Positions 48,064 through 58,674 are shown, counted from the first letter of the stretch. The stretch: DNA of 64,000 nucleotides from Gallionella sp. (GCA_041671105.1 JBAZCE010000001.1:869-64868); one strand, 5' to 3'. Numbers and translations are program-made. The notes: generated from the sequence alone by a model not told the origin.

Positions 48064-49511
48064 AAATGAGAAAAAAACTCACTTCTGCCATTTTCGTACT
48101 GATAATCTCTGCATTTATAGCGTCCACTATAGCAGCGGCTCCCGTCAAAATTATTCATCCGGATGCGCTGCGTTTCATGGCCCTCTTCCAGCAGCAATAC
48201 GAGACTGTAACCTCTGTCAGGGATGTGCCTGCAGCTATTTTTCACGGTATAGAAAGCTCAAATAAGTACGATTTTTATCGCGGTCGTATAACCAACTATG
48301 TGGCATTCGGCTTGGAGGCAGTAACACGCAGTTATCTGCCTTTCCCCTTCATAAGCTGGTTGACGATGGCTGTGTTAATCCTTAATGCTGCCTTGTGCGC
48401 ACGGCTCGTGACCAGAGATTTAACATCGACGGTGAGCAGCCAGTCGCTATTCTTTCTGGCTATGCTCATTCTACTGATGAACCCGTTATTCATCGCGAGC
48501 TACGAGATGCAGTTCATTTATTCTAAATATCTGTGTGTCACTTTTATGCTTCTGTTTATGCTTTTCAAAAGGCCTGGCTTCAAGGGCCCGGCTCTGATCG
48601 GAGCTGTATTTTCTGATGAAATAGGACTGGCATTTGCGATGATCGCCGTATTTTTAATGGTCTTCAATAAAAAATACGATAAAGGTCAAAATGAGTATTT
48701 CAAGCTGGCTGGTTTAGTAAGACCGGTTGCGTTGGGAGTAGGCGCAGCCTTTACCGTTCTGCTGCTGTATTTTTGCACGCTTCAATTGTTTTTTCATCAT
48801 ATAGCGCACTATATTCAACACGGCGGGTTTGAGTATTCAGTTCCAATGAATATCGTTATTGGAAAATCAATAAGTTATCTGTCCGGTTTGGCAAGCGTTA
48901 CGGTAGGATACTTTGGCATCGCGGTAATCACGATACTGCCGGTATTTCTATGGATTAAGGAAATACAACTATTTCGTTCATCAAAAATGTCGTCCCGACT
49001 GAGAATTGTGCTGTTGCAGTTATTAAATAAGCACTTTCAGGAAATGAGTGTGGCGATATTTTTGGCCTTGTTTATCGTATTCAAGATGTACAGAGGTGAT
49101 GCCGGCATGTTCTATTACGGCTATCCTGTTTTTATGCTGCTGATGTTTGCCGGGTTGTCCTTGCTTATCAAAGTGAGATATCAAAGGATTGCGATAGTTG
49201 TCCTGACTATATTAGTAATGTCCTTAACGGTGCGCTTGGCAGACGGATTAGCATTGTTAAAAAATGAGGTTGCAGCGACATGGATCGTTGATAAGACTGT
49301 TTCAGCGGAAAGTTTTAATTCTGCTGAGGTTGCGATTAATGATCTGAGAAATAAAAGCTGCACTGCAAATTTCGATGCAATACATGACGGTCAGGACAAT
49401 AATTTTGTGGGTACAGACTTTAACTATGGGGAAAAATATTTTCCGATCCTGGGTATTGTGAAAGTACTGGCCTGGCCGCATAGCATCAGCCGTTGTGAGA
49501 CAACTAATTAA
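48060..49511 (+). CDS. Hypothetical polytopic membrane protein
   Basis: 483-aa ORF with many hydrophobic segments, overlapping the upstream stop; no diagnostic motif recognised. Confidence 0.6.
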   Translation: MKMRKKLTSAIFVLIISAFIASTIAAAPVKIIHPDALRFMALFQQQYETVTSVRDVPAAIFHGIESSNKYDFYRGRITNYVAFGLEAVTRSYLPFPFISWLTMAVLILNAALCARLVTRDLTSTVSSQSLFFLAMLILLMNPLFIASYEMQFIYSKYLCVTFMLLFMLFKRPGFKGPALIGAVFSDEIGLAFAMIAVFLMVFNKKYDKGQNEYFKLAGLVRPVALGVGAAFTVLLLYFCTLQLFFHHIAHYIQHGGFEYSVPMNIVIGKSISYLSGLASVTVGYFGIAVITILPVFLWIKEIQLFRSSKMSSRLRIVLLQLLNKHFQEMSVAIFLALFIVFKMYRGDAGMFYYGYPVFMLLMFAGLSLLIKVRYQRIAIVVLTILVMSLTVRLADGLALLKNEVAATWIVDKTVSAESFNSAEVAINDLRNKSCTANFDAIHDGQDNNFVGTDFNYGEKYFPILGIVKVLAWPHSISRCETTN

Positions 49512-49540
49512 CATTATGCTAAATCGACGAGTTCCCCTTC

Positions 49541-50767
49541 GTGCTTAAGTACACTATTTCAGCAATGCGCAAGTTCGGCAGCCTCGCCGATCAGGTGCTA
49601 GTTTCTGGTGGTAATTTCCTGACGATCGCAATTTGTGCGCATGCCTTGCCGCTTTCCGAGCAGGGAAAGTTCACCTATGTTTTCGCCAGCTATATGGCCT
49701 TGTTGTTGCTGAATGTGGCAGGAATTTTTCAGGGGGCTGCGGTTCGCGCCCCTGCGCAGGACGACTCGTACCGGATTTCATTGGCCAGATTGCAATTGCT
49801 GCAAGCGTTGCCGTTATCGTTGCTGATCTGTACGGCATGGTTTGAATTTGGAAAGGTTTTTGGCTGGCAGGCAACAGCGACGGAAGCCGGGTTGTTGTTC
49901 GTATTCCTGATCCTGCAGCAACTGGCAGATTTTGACCGGCGCTCAGCCTATATATTTGCGGAGACACGCAGAGCAGTATTGTCCAGTGCGGCGGTCTATC
50001 CCTTGCGTATTGTTGGGTTGCTATTGTTTTCTCCTGACACTGTAAGCCAAGCGTTCTTGGTCTTGGTAGTTAGTGCACTTGTTCCCGCGGTGTTAACACT
50101 GCTAACTGCCAGTCGGAGCATGTCTGAAAGTACTTCATCCTGGATTAGCGCAATCAAAGAGCATTTGATATATAGCCGATTATTTATAGCAGGCGCGCCA
50201 CTGGGCTGGTTGTGGGCGTATATACCGGTATTCCTTTTGGGAATCCTGCACGGTAAAGAGCAGGCCGCCTTGCTGGCCAGCATACGTGGCATATCGAGCG
50301 TGGCGAATGTGTTGATGGAGCAAATTGAAACCAAGGTCGTGGCAGATTGGGCGCGGGTACATCATGGAGGGGAGGCGCATGTCATGGAAACCGCCGTGTC
50401 CCGTTTACTCAAGTTGGGGATGGTTTTCTGGCTATTCAGTATGGCAGTTGTGGGGATGTTCGGACGGGAAATTGTAGTGCTGGTGTTGGGCAGCCTTTAT
50501 GCACCGCATTGGCATTTGCTGGTAATCGGATGGGGCGGTTATGGTGTGTATTTTTTAGCTCGTGTGTTCGGTATCAAGCATCGAACATTGGGATCCAATT
50601 ATGTAGAGTTCGCCGGTAATTTTTGCGGTGTATTGACTGCGCTTGCGGCCGGCGTCGTATTGATTCCCGCTTTAAAAGCAACGGGTGCGGCATGGGTGTA
50701 TGTGATAATAGCGGCCGCCATGTTAGTCAGCCAAATGTATTTGGCGAAGAAATCGGTGCGAGCATGA
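49541..50767 (+). CDS. Wzx-like polysaccharide flippase
   Basis: LADQVLVSGGNFL..I..A..L...EQG.F and about 12 TM helices. Confidence 0.72.
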   Translation: MLKYTISAMRKFGSLADQVLVSGGNFLTIAICAHALPLSEQGKFTYVFASYMALLLLNVAGIFQGAAVRAPAQDDSYRISLARLQLLQALPLSLLICTAWFEFGKVFGWQATATEAGLLFVFLILQQLADFDRRSAYIFAETRRAVLSSAAVYPLRIVGLLLFSPDTVSQAFLVLVVSALVPAVLTLLTASRSMSESTSSWISAIKEHLIYSRLFIAGAPLGWLWAYIPVFLLGILHGKEQAALLASIRGISSVANVLMEQIETKVVADWARVHHGGEAHVMETAVSRLLKLGMVFWLFSMAVVGMFGREIVVLVLGSLYAPHWHLLVIGWGGYGVYFLARVFGIKHRTLGSNYVEFAGNFCGVLTALAAGVVLIPALKATGAAWVYVIIAAAMLVSQMYLAKKSVRA

Positions 50768-51612
50768 AAGATTTATTATCAATATATATTCCTACGCTAA
50801 ACGAAGAGATAAACCTTCCTCAGTGCCTGGCAAGTGTGAGCAAGCTCGGCGTCACGGTATATGTGGTGGACTCTAACAGCACAGACCGCACTGTCGAGAT
50901 TGCAAAGGCGGCTGGTTGTGAAGTTGTTACAGGCAACTGGAGTACTTTTTCTGACAAGATGAATTGGGCCATAAATTCATTGCCCATCAAAACACCATGG
51001 ATTCTGCGAATAGATGCTGATGAATGGATGACGGATGAATTGATTGCAGAATTAAAGTCCATGTTGCGTGACACTTCGGAAGAAGTTGGCGCATATAGTA
51101 TTAATCGTAGGGTCTACTTTTTGAAGCGCTGGATTCGACACGGTGGTATGTATCCGCTTTGGGGAGTCAGGCTGTGGCGAACCGGCAGAGCCAGATGTGA
51201 GGTTAGAGAACTCGACGAACACATGGAAATAATCGGGCGCATTGAAAATCTTCAACACGATATTGTGGACGAGGGGCAGCGTGGTTTGTCACATTGGGTG
51301 CAAAAGCACAACCAATACGCGGACGCTGAAATCAGGGAGATTTTGCGAGTACAGCAGCCGACGGATTCATCCAATACGCTGATCCATCAGGCGGCAAAAA
51401 AGCGCTGGATGAAAGCCAATTTATACTATCGATTTCCCAAGTTTTGGCGAGCATTGTTTTTCTGGATATACCGGTATTTCTTTCAACTTGGCTTTCTGGA
51501 TGGTATCCCCGGATTGATTTATCACACCCTGCATGGGTTCTGGTTTCGCTTTTTGATCGACTCGAAACTTTATGAAATTGAAAACAACAAAAAACGAGGT
51601 AGTTCGAGATGA
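50764..51612 (+). CDS. GT2 glycosyltransferase
   Basis: IPTLNEE.NL, VVDS.STD.T, WILRIDADE, HGG.YP, GFLDG..G. Confidence 0.9.
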   Translation: MKDLLSIYIPTLNEEINLPQCLASVSKLGVTVYVVDSNSTDRTVEIAKAAGCEVVTGNWSTFSDKMNWAINSLPIKTPWILRIDADEWMTDELIAELKSMLRDTSEEVGAYSINRRVYFLKRWIRHGGMYPLWGVRLWRTGRARCEVRELDEHMEIIGRIENLQHDIVDEGQRGLSHWVQKHNQYADAEIREILRVQQPTDSSNTLIHQAAKKRWMKANLYYRFPKFWRALFFWIYRYFFQLGFLDGIPGLIYHTLHGFWFRFLIDSKLYEIENNKKRGSSR

Positions 51613-51720
51613 CTCGGATTGGGGCGGCTGGGATAAAGCTCCGGCCATGCTAATCGCACAACAGGATGAAATAATGGCATTAAATATACCTGTTTGGCAA
51701 AAAACTGAGAGAAATGCAGT

Positions 51721-53037
51721 ATGAAAATTACATCGCAGCGACTTTGTTTGGCAGATATCGGCTTTGGGCTAATCCTTGTCGCATATCTTTTGCTGATGTT
51801 CGGTTCACCAATGCCGAGCCAAATTGGCATGATAGAAATCGCAATGGGTGTCGGTTTAACTGTAGGCGTTTCACTTTTAGCATTTCCATTTCTAGTGCGG
51901 AAAGATAGAAAACTGCTACTGCCGACTTTGTGCATTGTGTACTTTTTGCTGGCACCGCTCCTGAGCGGTGTTTTACGAGCGAATAATTTTTCCGATATGG
52001 CTCGGGATATTGTCCCGCTCCTGTTTATGACTGCGTTTCCATTGGTTCTTTCTAAAGAGCGAAGTGTGCTTCATTTGCGTGCCCTGTTGACTGCCGTACT
52101 CGCCATCGGGCTGGTGAGTGCATTACAGTTTCATATTGCAATTGTACAAAATTTGGGCTCGATGGATTCTTATATATCCAGATTTTCTCCGCTTACTGCC
52201 GCGCCGCCGAATGAAGGGAGCAAACTGATCGTTGTGTTGCGTCTGCTTAATTTAGATATTGCAAACTATGCGATTGGGATATTGAAATGCCAAGACCCCG
52301 CAGTTTTATTTACAGCCATATATCTGCTGTGCCTTGGACTTGGGCTTGTCTTGATTAAACCGAGGCGACTGTTTTTCGGGTTATTGGCTTTGGGCGGTGG
52401 CGTGTTTTGCGTATATGAATTTTCTGCACTTGGAATGCGGGCATTTGACGGATTGACTCTGCTGGCTTTGATAATTTATTCGCTACATCTGGTCAGGGAA
52501 AGAAAATTACCCGCTGGAAACTTGATTGCTTTAGGAATATTTGGTTTATTGCTAACCTATACTCAAATAATAAATTTTGCGGAACAAATGTGGGCAAAAA
52601 ATCAGGCTCTTGGATCAAGTCATCGGCTTGATGAGTTATATGCTGTATTTAATGGTATTTCGGAAAGCGTCACCACATTTCTGTTCGGAATCGGCTGGGG
52701 TGGGGTATTGTCAAATCCTATATATGACGGTGAAACCACTCGTTTTACGCATTCCCTGATTTCGTTCTGGCTGCTTAAAACAGGCTTGGTCGGGTTTGCG
52801 GTGTTGGTATTGTTCATGATCCTTTTATTTCGACAAATCGATGTAAAAGGCGTCTGGACTTCCAGCCATCGGCTGGCTATTTTTCTTGCCGCTTCTGCTG
52901 AAATCGCAATCGGATTGTTTTTGGAACCAACGTATAAAATGTTAAGTTTTGGTGTGATTATGAGTTTGTTGTTGGCAGAGCTATCTTTGTCAGCCACATT
53001 GCATGCGCCGTCCGTCGGTACTAATTACGCACGATGA
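51721..53037 (+). CDS. Wzy/WaaL-like polytopic membrane protein (putative second polymerase)
   Basis: Multiple TMs; R..E...LFGIGWG...FTH.....LLKTGLVG resembles the Wzy_C periplasmic motif. Confidence 0.65.
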   Translation: MKITSQRLCLADIGFGLILVAYLLLMFGSPMPSQIGMIEIAMGVGLTVGVSLLAFPFLVRKDRKLLLPTLCIVYFLLAPLLSGVLRANNFSDMARDIVPLLFMTAFPLVLSKERSVLHLRALLTAVLAIGLVSALQFHIAIVQNLGSMDSYISRFSPLTAAPPNEGSKLIVVLRLLNLDIANYAIGILKCQDPAVLFTAIYLLCLGLGLVLIKPRRLFFGLLALGGGVFCVYEFSALGMRAFDGLTLLALIIYSLHLVRERKLPAGNLIALGIFGLLLTYTQIINFAEQMWAKNQALGSSHRLDELYAVFNGISESVTTFLFGIGWGGVLSNPIYDGETTRFTHSLISFWLLKTGLVGFAVLVLFMILLFRQIDVKGVWTSSHRLAIFLAASAEIAIGLFLEPTYKMLSFGVIMSLLLAELSLSATLHAPSVGTNYAR

Positions 53038-53113
53038 ATGATTTTGTATCGTGTACCGGTAAAATTCAGGTGTTGCGTGCTTTAGCTTCTTTCTTATCTG
53101 AAAAGAGAATTCG

Positions 53114-54250
53114 GTGAGTTCAGCAGTTGAGGGATATAAGCAGCCATCAAGAGTCGAGGCCCTGGATTCGGCTCGCGGCTGGGCGATTTTGGGTGTGATC
53201 GCCATACATGTTTCTCAAGCGGCCCCGTTACCTGACGGCATATTGCATGCATTGGCAGTTAATGGCGACATGGGGGTGGAGTTGTTTTATGTATTGAGTG
53301 CTTTTTCGTTGACGATGATGCTGCATGTTCGAGCGATAGCAGGTCAACACAGTTTGACGGGATATTTTATCCGCAGATTTTTCCGAATATCACCGATGTT
53401 CTGGGTTGCGCTGCTGATCGCCACTTTGCTTTTTTTTGGCAAGCAGTCTTTCTGGTCTCCTGACGGAATTGGCTGGATTGAAGTTGTGTTGACGGCTAGC
53501 TTCCTGCATGGGCTATACCCCGCATCGATCAATGCGGTTATACCCGGCGGGTGGAGTGTGGCGGTCGAGGTCATGTTCTATCTGGTGTTGCCTGTGCTTT
53601 GCAAGTATGTAACCGGCTCTGCTTCTGCATTAAAATGGTGCATGATAAGCGTGGGAATTTATTTTCTGTTTGGCTATTTTTCACAAGCCTGTTTTGATCA
53701 AACACTCCCGGAGAGTTCACGGCATTTGTCGGAGATCTATTCCTGGTACATGTCATTCCCGGCGCAACTGCCGGTATTCATGATGGGTATTTTGGCTTTT
53801 TTCATCGTCAAGGAAGAGTGTTTCAAGTCTGTTTATGCCTATGCAGTTGCCTTCGCGGGTGGTTTGCTATTGATCAGCCTGCCGCTTCAAACAGAAAATC
53901 ATATGTTGCCCCGACATTTTTTATGGGCTGCAGTCTTTACTTTATTTATCATTGCAAGTGTTCAGCGCCCGATTTTTTTATTCGATAATCCGCTGATGCG
54001 ATTACTCGGACGCATAAGCTTCAGTGCTTATTTGTTGCATTTCTTTGTGCTGATCTATGTCGGCAAGGTATTCAGGCACGCAATGATTCAGCCGGAATTA
54101 AAGTTTGCGCTGCTCTATTTTGTGGTGGTTGGAATAACTTATTTCATGGCTGCCTGGAGCTATCGAGTTATTGAGTTGCGGGGTATGAAACTCGGTGGCC
54201 AGATATCGAGGCGTTTTGAAATTAGCCCGGTTGATTTTAAGAAAGAATGA
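53114..54250 (+). CDS. Acyltransferase family 3 (OafA-like O-acyltransferase)
   Basis: LDSARGWAIL.V...H, GVELFYVLS.F, RRFFRI.P, WSVAVEVMFY, LG.ISFS.YL.H. Confidence 0.9.
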   Translation: MSSAVEGYKQPSRVEALDSARGWAILGVIAIHVSQAAPLPDGILHALAVNGDMGVELFYVLSAFSLTMMLHVRAIAGQHSLTGYFIRRFFRISPMFWVALLIATLLFFGKQSFWSPDGIGWIEVVLTASFLHGLYPASINAVIPGGWSVAVEVMFYLVLPVLCKYVTGSASALKWCMISVGIYFLFGYFSQACFDQTLPESSRHLSEIYSWYMSFPAQLPVFMMGILAFFIVKEECFKSVYAYAVAFAGGLLLISLPLQTENHMLPRHFLWAAVFTLFIIASVQRPIFLFDNPLMRLLGRISFSAYLLHFFVLIYVGKVFRHAMIQPELKFALLYFVVVGITYFMAAWSYRVIELRGMKLGGQISRRFEISPVDFKKE

Positions 54251-54251
54251 T

Positions 54252-55181
54252 ATGGAAAATGATTGTTTGGTATGCCATGCCCCGCTTGATCAGGTGATGG
54301 ACGGAGTGTTCGATACTCGCTTCGGAATTGAAACTTCATACTCAATCGTCAAATGTAAAAAATGTAACCTTGAGCAAACCGCCCCGCTGCCAAATCAGGA
54401 GGGGCTTAATGCACTATACGAGAAATTCTACAATTTCAGCGGGGAGAGGAATACCCGCTACACTCAGTTGAGAGCGAAATTCATTAATTCGTTTTTATAC
54501 CGGGCTTGGCTTGCAATCGACGGTGATATTTCTTTCCATTTGGCACGCGGTACGGGCAGCTTGCTGGATGTGGGGTGTAACGAAGGGCGAGGATTGGAAT
54601 TTTATCGCAGCCATGGTTTTATTGCCGAAGGACTGGAGCTCAATAGCCGTGCGGCAGAGGTTGCTCGATGCAAAGGTTTTGTCGTGCACGGTACTACGCT
54701 GGAAGGATTTACGACGGAGAAGAAATACGACGTCGTCGTACTGTCCAACGTGCTGGAACACTCCCTGAACCCTGAGGATATGCTCCGCGCCATTCACGGT
54801 CTGCTCAGTCAAAACGGGCAGGTGTGGATCAGTTGTCCCAACAGTCAGAGTTGGTTGCGTTCTGTATTCGGTCGTTTCTGGATCAATTGGCATGTTCCTT
54901 TTCATGTGGTGCATTTTTCACCGGACACCCTGCGGCAAATATTGAAGAAGACGCAATTTGAGGTCACTGAAATGAGGCAGGAAACACCGGCGTTGTGGGT
55001 TTCACATTCAATTATCGCGGGATTATTTGCCAAGCCCGGTCAGCCGACCTTGCGGCTTCGATCCGCCATGCTGGTCGCGCCGCTGATATTGTTGATCCGC
55101 TGTATGTTTTTTCCGCTGCTATGGTTGGGGAATCAGTGCAATCGGGGCGATTGTCTGGTTGTGGTTGCTCGTAAGCAGTAG
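54252..55181 (+). CDS. Class I SAM-dependent methyltransferase with N-terminal CxxC pairs
   Basis: CLVC..CKKC, LLDVGCNEG, NVLEH, CPN, WHVPFH..HF. Confidence 0.85.
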   Translation: MENDCLVCHAPLDQVMDGVFDTRFGIETSYSIVKCKKCNLEQTAPLPNQEGLNALYEKFYNFSGERNTRYTQLRAKFINSFLYRAWLAIDGDISFHLARGTGSLLDVGCNEGRGLEFYRSHGFIAEGLELNSRAAEVARCKGFVVHGTTLEGFTTEKKYDVVVLSNVLEHSLNPEDMLRAIHGLLSQNGQVWISCPNSQSWLRSVFGRFWINWHVPFHVVHFSPDTLRQILKKTQFEVTEMRQETPALWVSHSIIAGLFAKPGQPTLRLRSAMLVAPLILLIRCMFFPLLWLGNQCNRGDCLVVVARKQ

Positions 55182-55182
55182 C

Positions 55183-56397
55183 ATGCGTATCCTGATCGTT
55201 GGTATTAATTATGCGCCTGAGCTCACGGGGATTGGAAAGTACTCCGGGGAAATGGCCGAGTATCTTGCGGCCGCCGGCCATCAGGTGCGCATCGTGACGG
55301 CGCCTCCTTACTATCCTGAGTGGAGGGTTGCGGAAGGCTATTCTGCAAGGTGTTACCGCACGGAGGTTCGTGCAGGTGTTTCTATCTGGCGTTGTCCGAT
55401 TTGGGTTCCGGCGAGGCCATCAGGTTTGAAGCGTCTGCTGCATCTGGCCAGCTTTGCTTTATCCAGTTTGCCCGTCATGCTCCGTCAATTGTTTTGGCGG
55501 CCGGAGGTGATTATTGCCATCGAGCCCCCCTTGTTTTGTGCACCTGCGGCCTGGGTGTGTGCAAGACTTTCCGGTGCCAAGGCTTGGCTGCACGTTCAGG
55601 ATTTCGAAGTGGATGCCGCATTTGAGTTGGGGATATTGCGCTCGCCGAGGTTGCGCAGTTTGGTCAGCAAAATGGAGAGTTGGCTGTTGCGCCGTTTCGA
55701 CAGGGTATCGACGATTTCGGTCAATATGATGCGGCGCCTGGTTCAAAAGAAGCTGGCTGCAGAGAAAACGGTGCTTTTTACCAACTGGGTGGATATCGAT
55801 GTAATATTTCCATTGGCCATGCAAAGCCCTATGCGGCAGCAGTTTGGTATTCCGTCGAACGCTACTGTGGCTCTGTATTCCGGCAACATCGGGGAAAAGC
55901 AGGGTCTTGAAATCGTGTTGGAAGCGGCAATCCGTTTGGCGGGCGAAAAGGGTATCCGGTTTGTGCTGTGCGGGGATGGTGCCGCGCGTCAGCGTTTACA
56001 GCATAAATATCCGGATCTTTCGAACGTGTTATGGTTGCCATTACAGCCGCTGGAGCGCCTGAATGATCTGCTCAATATGGCGAACATTCATCTGTTACCA
56101 CAACGTTCCGGTGCAGAAGATTTAGTTATGCCATCGAAGTTGACGGGCATGCTGGCCAGTGGCCGCCCCGTCGTTGCTACGGCGACAGCGGGTTCTCAGA
56201 TCGCAGAGGTCTTGCAGGGCTGCGGTGAGGTGGTCGAGCCGGATAATGTTGAGCATTTTACGCGTGCGATTGTTGAGCTTGCCAGGGATGCCGCGAGATG
56301 CGCCGTGTTAGGTGCGCATGCGCGTGAATATGCGCTCAGAAACTGGGCAAGAGAATCGGTTCTGCAAGAATTTGACAGACAATTAAAGGAGTTGTGA
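55183..56397 (+). CDS. wcaI: GT4 glycosyltransferase, WcaI-like
   Basis: GINYAPELTGIGKYSGEMA, PPYYP.W, RCP.WVP..P, HVQDFEVDAAF, YSGNIGEKQGL, PSKLTGMLASG. Confidence 0.85.
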   Translation: MRILIVGINYAPELTGIGKYSGEMAEYLAAAGHQVRIVTAPPYYPEWRVAEGYSARCYRTEVRAGVSIWRCPIWVPARPSGLKRLLHLASFALSSLPVMLRQLFWRPEVIIAIEPPLFCAPAAWVCARLSGAKAWLHVQDFEVDAAFELGILRSPRLRSLVSKMESWLLRRFDRVSTISVNMMRRLVQKKLAAEKTVLFTNWVDIDVIFPLAMQSPMRQQFGIPSNATVALYSGNIGEKQGLEIVLEAAIRLAGEKGIRFVLCGDGAARQRLQHKYPDLSNVLWLPLQPLERLNDLLNMANIHLLPQRSGAEDLVMPSKLTGMLASGRPVVATATAGSQIAEVLQGCGEVVEPDNVEHFTRAIVELARDAARCAVLGAHAREYALRNWARESVLQEFDRQLKEL

Positions 56398-57786
56398 ATG
56401 TCTTCTAGAAAAGGAATGCTTCGTCAACATGGAAGTGAGCTGAGCATTTTTCACCGTATGTTGGACGTGCTGCTTATTCTGGTGGCTTTGTGGGTGTGCG
56501 CAAAGGGCTACGGCGTTACCCTTGGTCTGCAATATGAGCTGGCCGGCTTGGTCGCTGTCGTTGGTTTTTTGTTTTTTGCCAAGTGGCATGGCCTCTATAG
56601 TTCCTGGCGAACAGAATCGATCAGGCATGAGGCTTGGATGATTTTCTCGATATGGATGCTGACATGCTGCGTGCTGCTGGCACTGGGCTTTTTTAGCAAA
56701 TCATCAATACAATTTTCGCGAGTCACGATTCTTGCCTGGACGATGACAACACCGATCTTGCTGGTTGGGGAGCGGGTATTGCTGCGTTATGTGCTGAGAC
56801 GATACCGTAAGCTTGGATTTAACACGCGTTCAGTTGCAATCGTGGGAGGCGGGAAGAACGCCTCATATCTTGTTGATATTATTTCCGGCTCCCCGTGGAT
56901 GGGGTTGAAGATAAAGGGGCTCTATGACGATGTAGGAAACTCAGATGTCAGTCAGCAAGTCGGAGATATTGAAATGTTTTTGCAGGATGTCCGGGACAAT
57001 CTCATCGATTGCGTTTATATAACCTACCCGATGCAGCAGGAGGAGAAAATTCGTCAGCTTGTTGAACGTCTTGCAGACAGCACGGTGTCGGTTCATGTTG
57101 TTCCGGATGTGTTTGTATCTGAACTGCTTCATGCGCGCTGGAGCAGTCTGGGGCGTATGCCTTTGGTCAGTGTGTTTGAGAGCCCGTTTTTCGGGGCCAG
57201 CATGTTTTTGAAACGGGTAGAAGATGTGCTTCTGGGGAGTCTGATTCTGTTGCTTATATCGCCATTAATGGTGTTGATCGCTGTCGCAGTTAGACTGAGC
57301 AGCCCGGGTGCCGCTTTATTCAAGCAAAGGCGCTATGGTTTGAACGGGCAAGTGATCGAGGTGTGGAAGTTTCGCAGTATGTCGGTTCAGGAAGATGGGG
57401 CGCTTGTTCCGCAAGCGAAGAAAAATGATCCTCGTATAACCCGGCTGGGCTCATTTTTGAGGAAAAGTTCTTTGGATGAACTCCCTCAATTCATTAATGT
57501 GTTGCAAGGCACGATGTCAATCGTTGGCCCGCGCCCTCATGCGGTGGCGCACAACGAGGAATATCGCAAGTTGATTCACGGCTATATGCTTCGTCACAAG
57601 GTTAAGCCGGGTATAACGGGATTGGCGCAGGTCAAGGGGTGGCGCGGTGAAACAGACACCATGGAAAAGATGGAAATGAGGGTAAAATACGATCTGGAGT
57701 ATTTTAACAACTGGTCTCTCTGGCTGGATCTGAAAATCATCGCGATGACAGTATTCAGCGGGATGCGTGGCAATAATGCGTATTAG
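56398..57786 (+). CDS. wcaJ: Undecaprenyl-phosphate glucose phosphotransferase
   Basis: KRVED, FKQRRYG, KFRSM, DPRIT..G.FLRKSSLDELPQF.NV..G.MSIVGPRPHA, VKPGITGLAQ, RGET, WSLWLDLKI. Confidence 0.92.
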   Translation: MSSRKGMLRQHGSELSIFHRMLDVLLILVALWVCAKGYGVTLGLQYELAGLVAVVGFLFFAKWHGLYSSWRTESIRHEAWMIFSIWMLTCCVLLALGFFSKSSIQFSRVTILAWTMTTPILLVGERVLLRYVLRRYRKLGFNTRSVAIVGGGKNASYLVDIISGSPWMGLKIKGLYDDVGNSDVSQQVGDIEMFLQDVRDNLIDCVYITYPMQQEEKIRQLVERLADSTVSVHVVPDVFVSELLHARWSSLGRMPLVSVFESPFFGASMFLKRVEDVLLGSLILLLISPLMVLIAVAVRLSSPGAALFKQRRYGLNGQVIEVWKFRSMSVQEDGALVPQAKKNDPRITRLGSFLRKSSLDELPQFINVLQGTMSIVGPRPHAVAHNEEYRKLIHGYMLRHKVKPGITGLAQVKGWRGETDTMEKMEMRVKYDLEYFNNWSLWLDLKIIAMTVFSGMRGNNAY

Positions 57787-57809
57787 CCTTGAGATATTAA
57801 AGGGTGATA

Positions 57810-57833
57810 CCCCCGCTTTGCCGGGGGATTTTG
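57810..57833 (+). terminator. GC-rich hairpin after wcaJ (terminator or IS200/IS605-type end relic)
   Basis: CCCCCG-CTTTGC-CGGGGG followed by ATTTT. Confidence 0.4.
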
Positions 57834-57912
57834 CTCGAAAGTATATACGGCGCTGGCGATATCTCGTGACATTGCAACGGCATTGGGCGGGTGAGTTCCA
57901 AGTTAAATAATC

Positions 57913-58674
57913 ATGGTCAAGTTATCTGTCATTATCATTACCAGGAATGAGTCCGCCAACATACGCGACTGCATTGTATCTGTCGCGTGGGCAGATGAAA
58001 TCATCGTGGTCGATTCGGCAAGCACCGATGACACGGTAAGCATAGCCCGCGAAATGGGCGCCCAGGTGCATGTGCATGCCGACTGGCCGGGCTTCGGCCC
58101 GCAAAAAAATCGAGCGCTGGACTATGCTACCGGCGAGTGGATATTTTCAATCGACGCGGACGAGCGGGTTACGCCGGAGCTGCGCAGCGAGATTGAGCAG
58201 GCGATGAGCAAGTCCGATGCAGACGGATATTACTGTCCCAGATTATCGCAATTCTGCGGGACATTTATTAATCACTGTGGCTGGTATCCCGATTACGTGC
58301 TGCGCCTGTTCAGGCGAGGTGCCGGCAGATTCTCGGATAGTCTGGTGCATGAAAGCGTGTTGCTGACAGGCGCGACATCTAAATTTAAGACACCGCTGCT
58401 GCATTACAGTTATCTCACGGCAGATGACGTGGAGCGCAAGGTGGAGCACTATTCATCTGCCGCAGCGAGGCAGATGTTTGAATCTGGCCGCAGATCCGGC
58501 AGGATGGATGCCGTGCTGCGCGGAGGCTGGGCGTTTTTGCGAACTTATGTATTGCGCTTAGGATTGCTGGATGGCGCTGCCGGGTGGAATATCGCCTGCA
58601 TGAATGCGCGCACGACCTATCTTAAATATCAGAAACTGACCGCGCTGCATTCCATAAACCTTAAAACCCTCTAG
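57913..58674 (+). CDS. GT2 LPS core glycosyltransferase (WaaE/KdtX/LgtF-like)
   Basis: SVIIITRNE..NI..C, VVDS.STD.T, W.GFGPQKN.A, IDADE, GWYPD, VHE, G.LDG. Confidence 0.9.
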   Translation: MVKLSVIIITRNESANIRDCIVSVAWADEIIVVDSASTDDTVSIAREMGAQVHVHADWPGFGPQKNRALDYATGEWIFSIDADERVTPELRSEIEQAMSKSDADGYYCPRLSQFCGTFINHCGWYPDYVLRLFRRGAGRFSDSLVHESVLLTGATSKFKTPLLHYSYLTADDVERKVEHYSSAAARQMFESGRRSGRMDAVLRGGWAFLRTYVLRLGLLDGAAGWNIACMNARTTYLKYQKLTALHSINLKTL

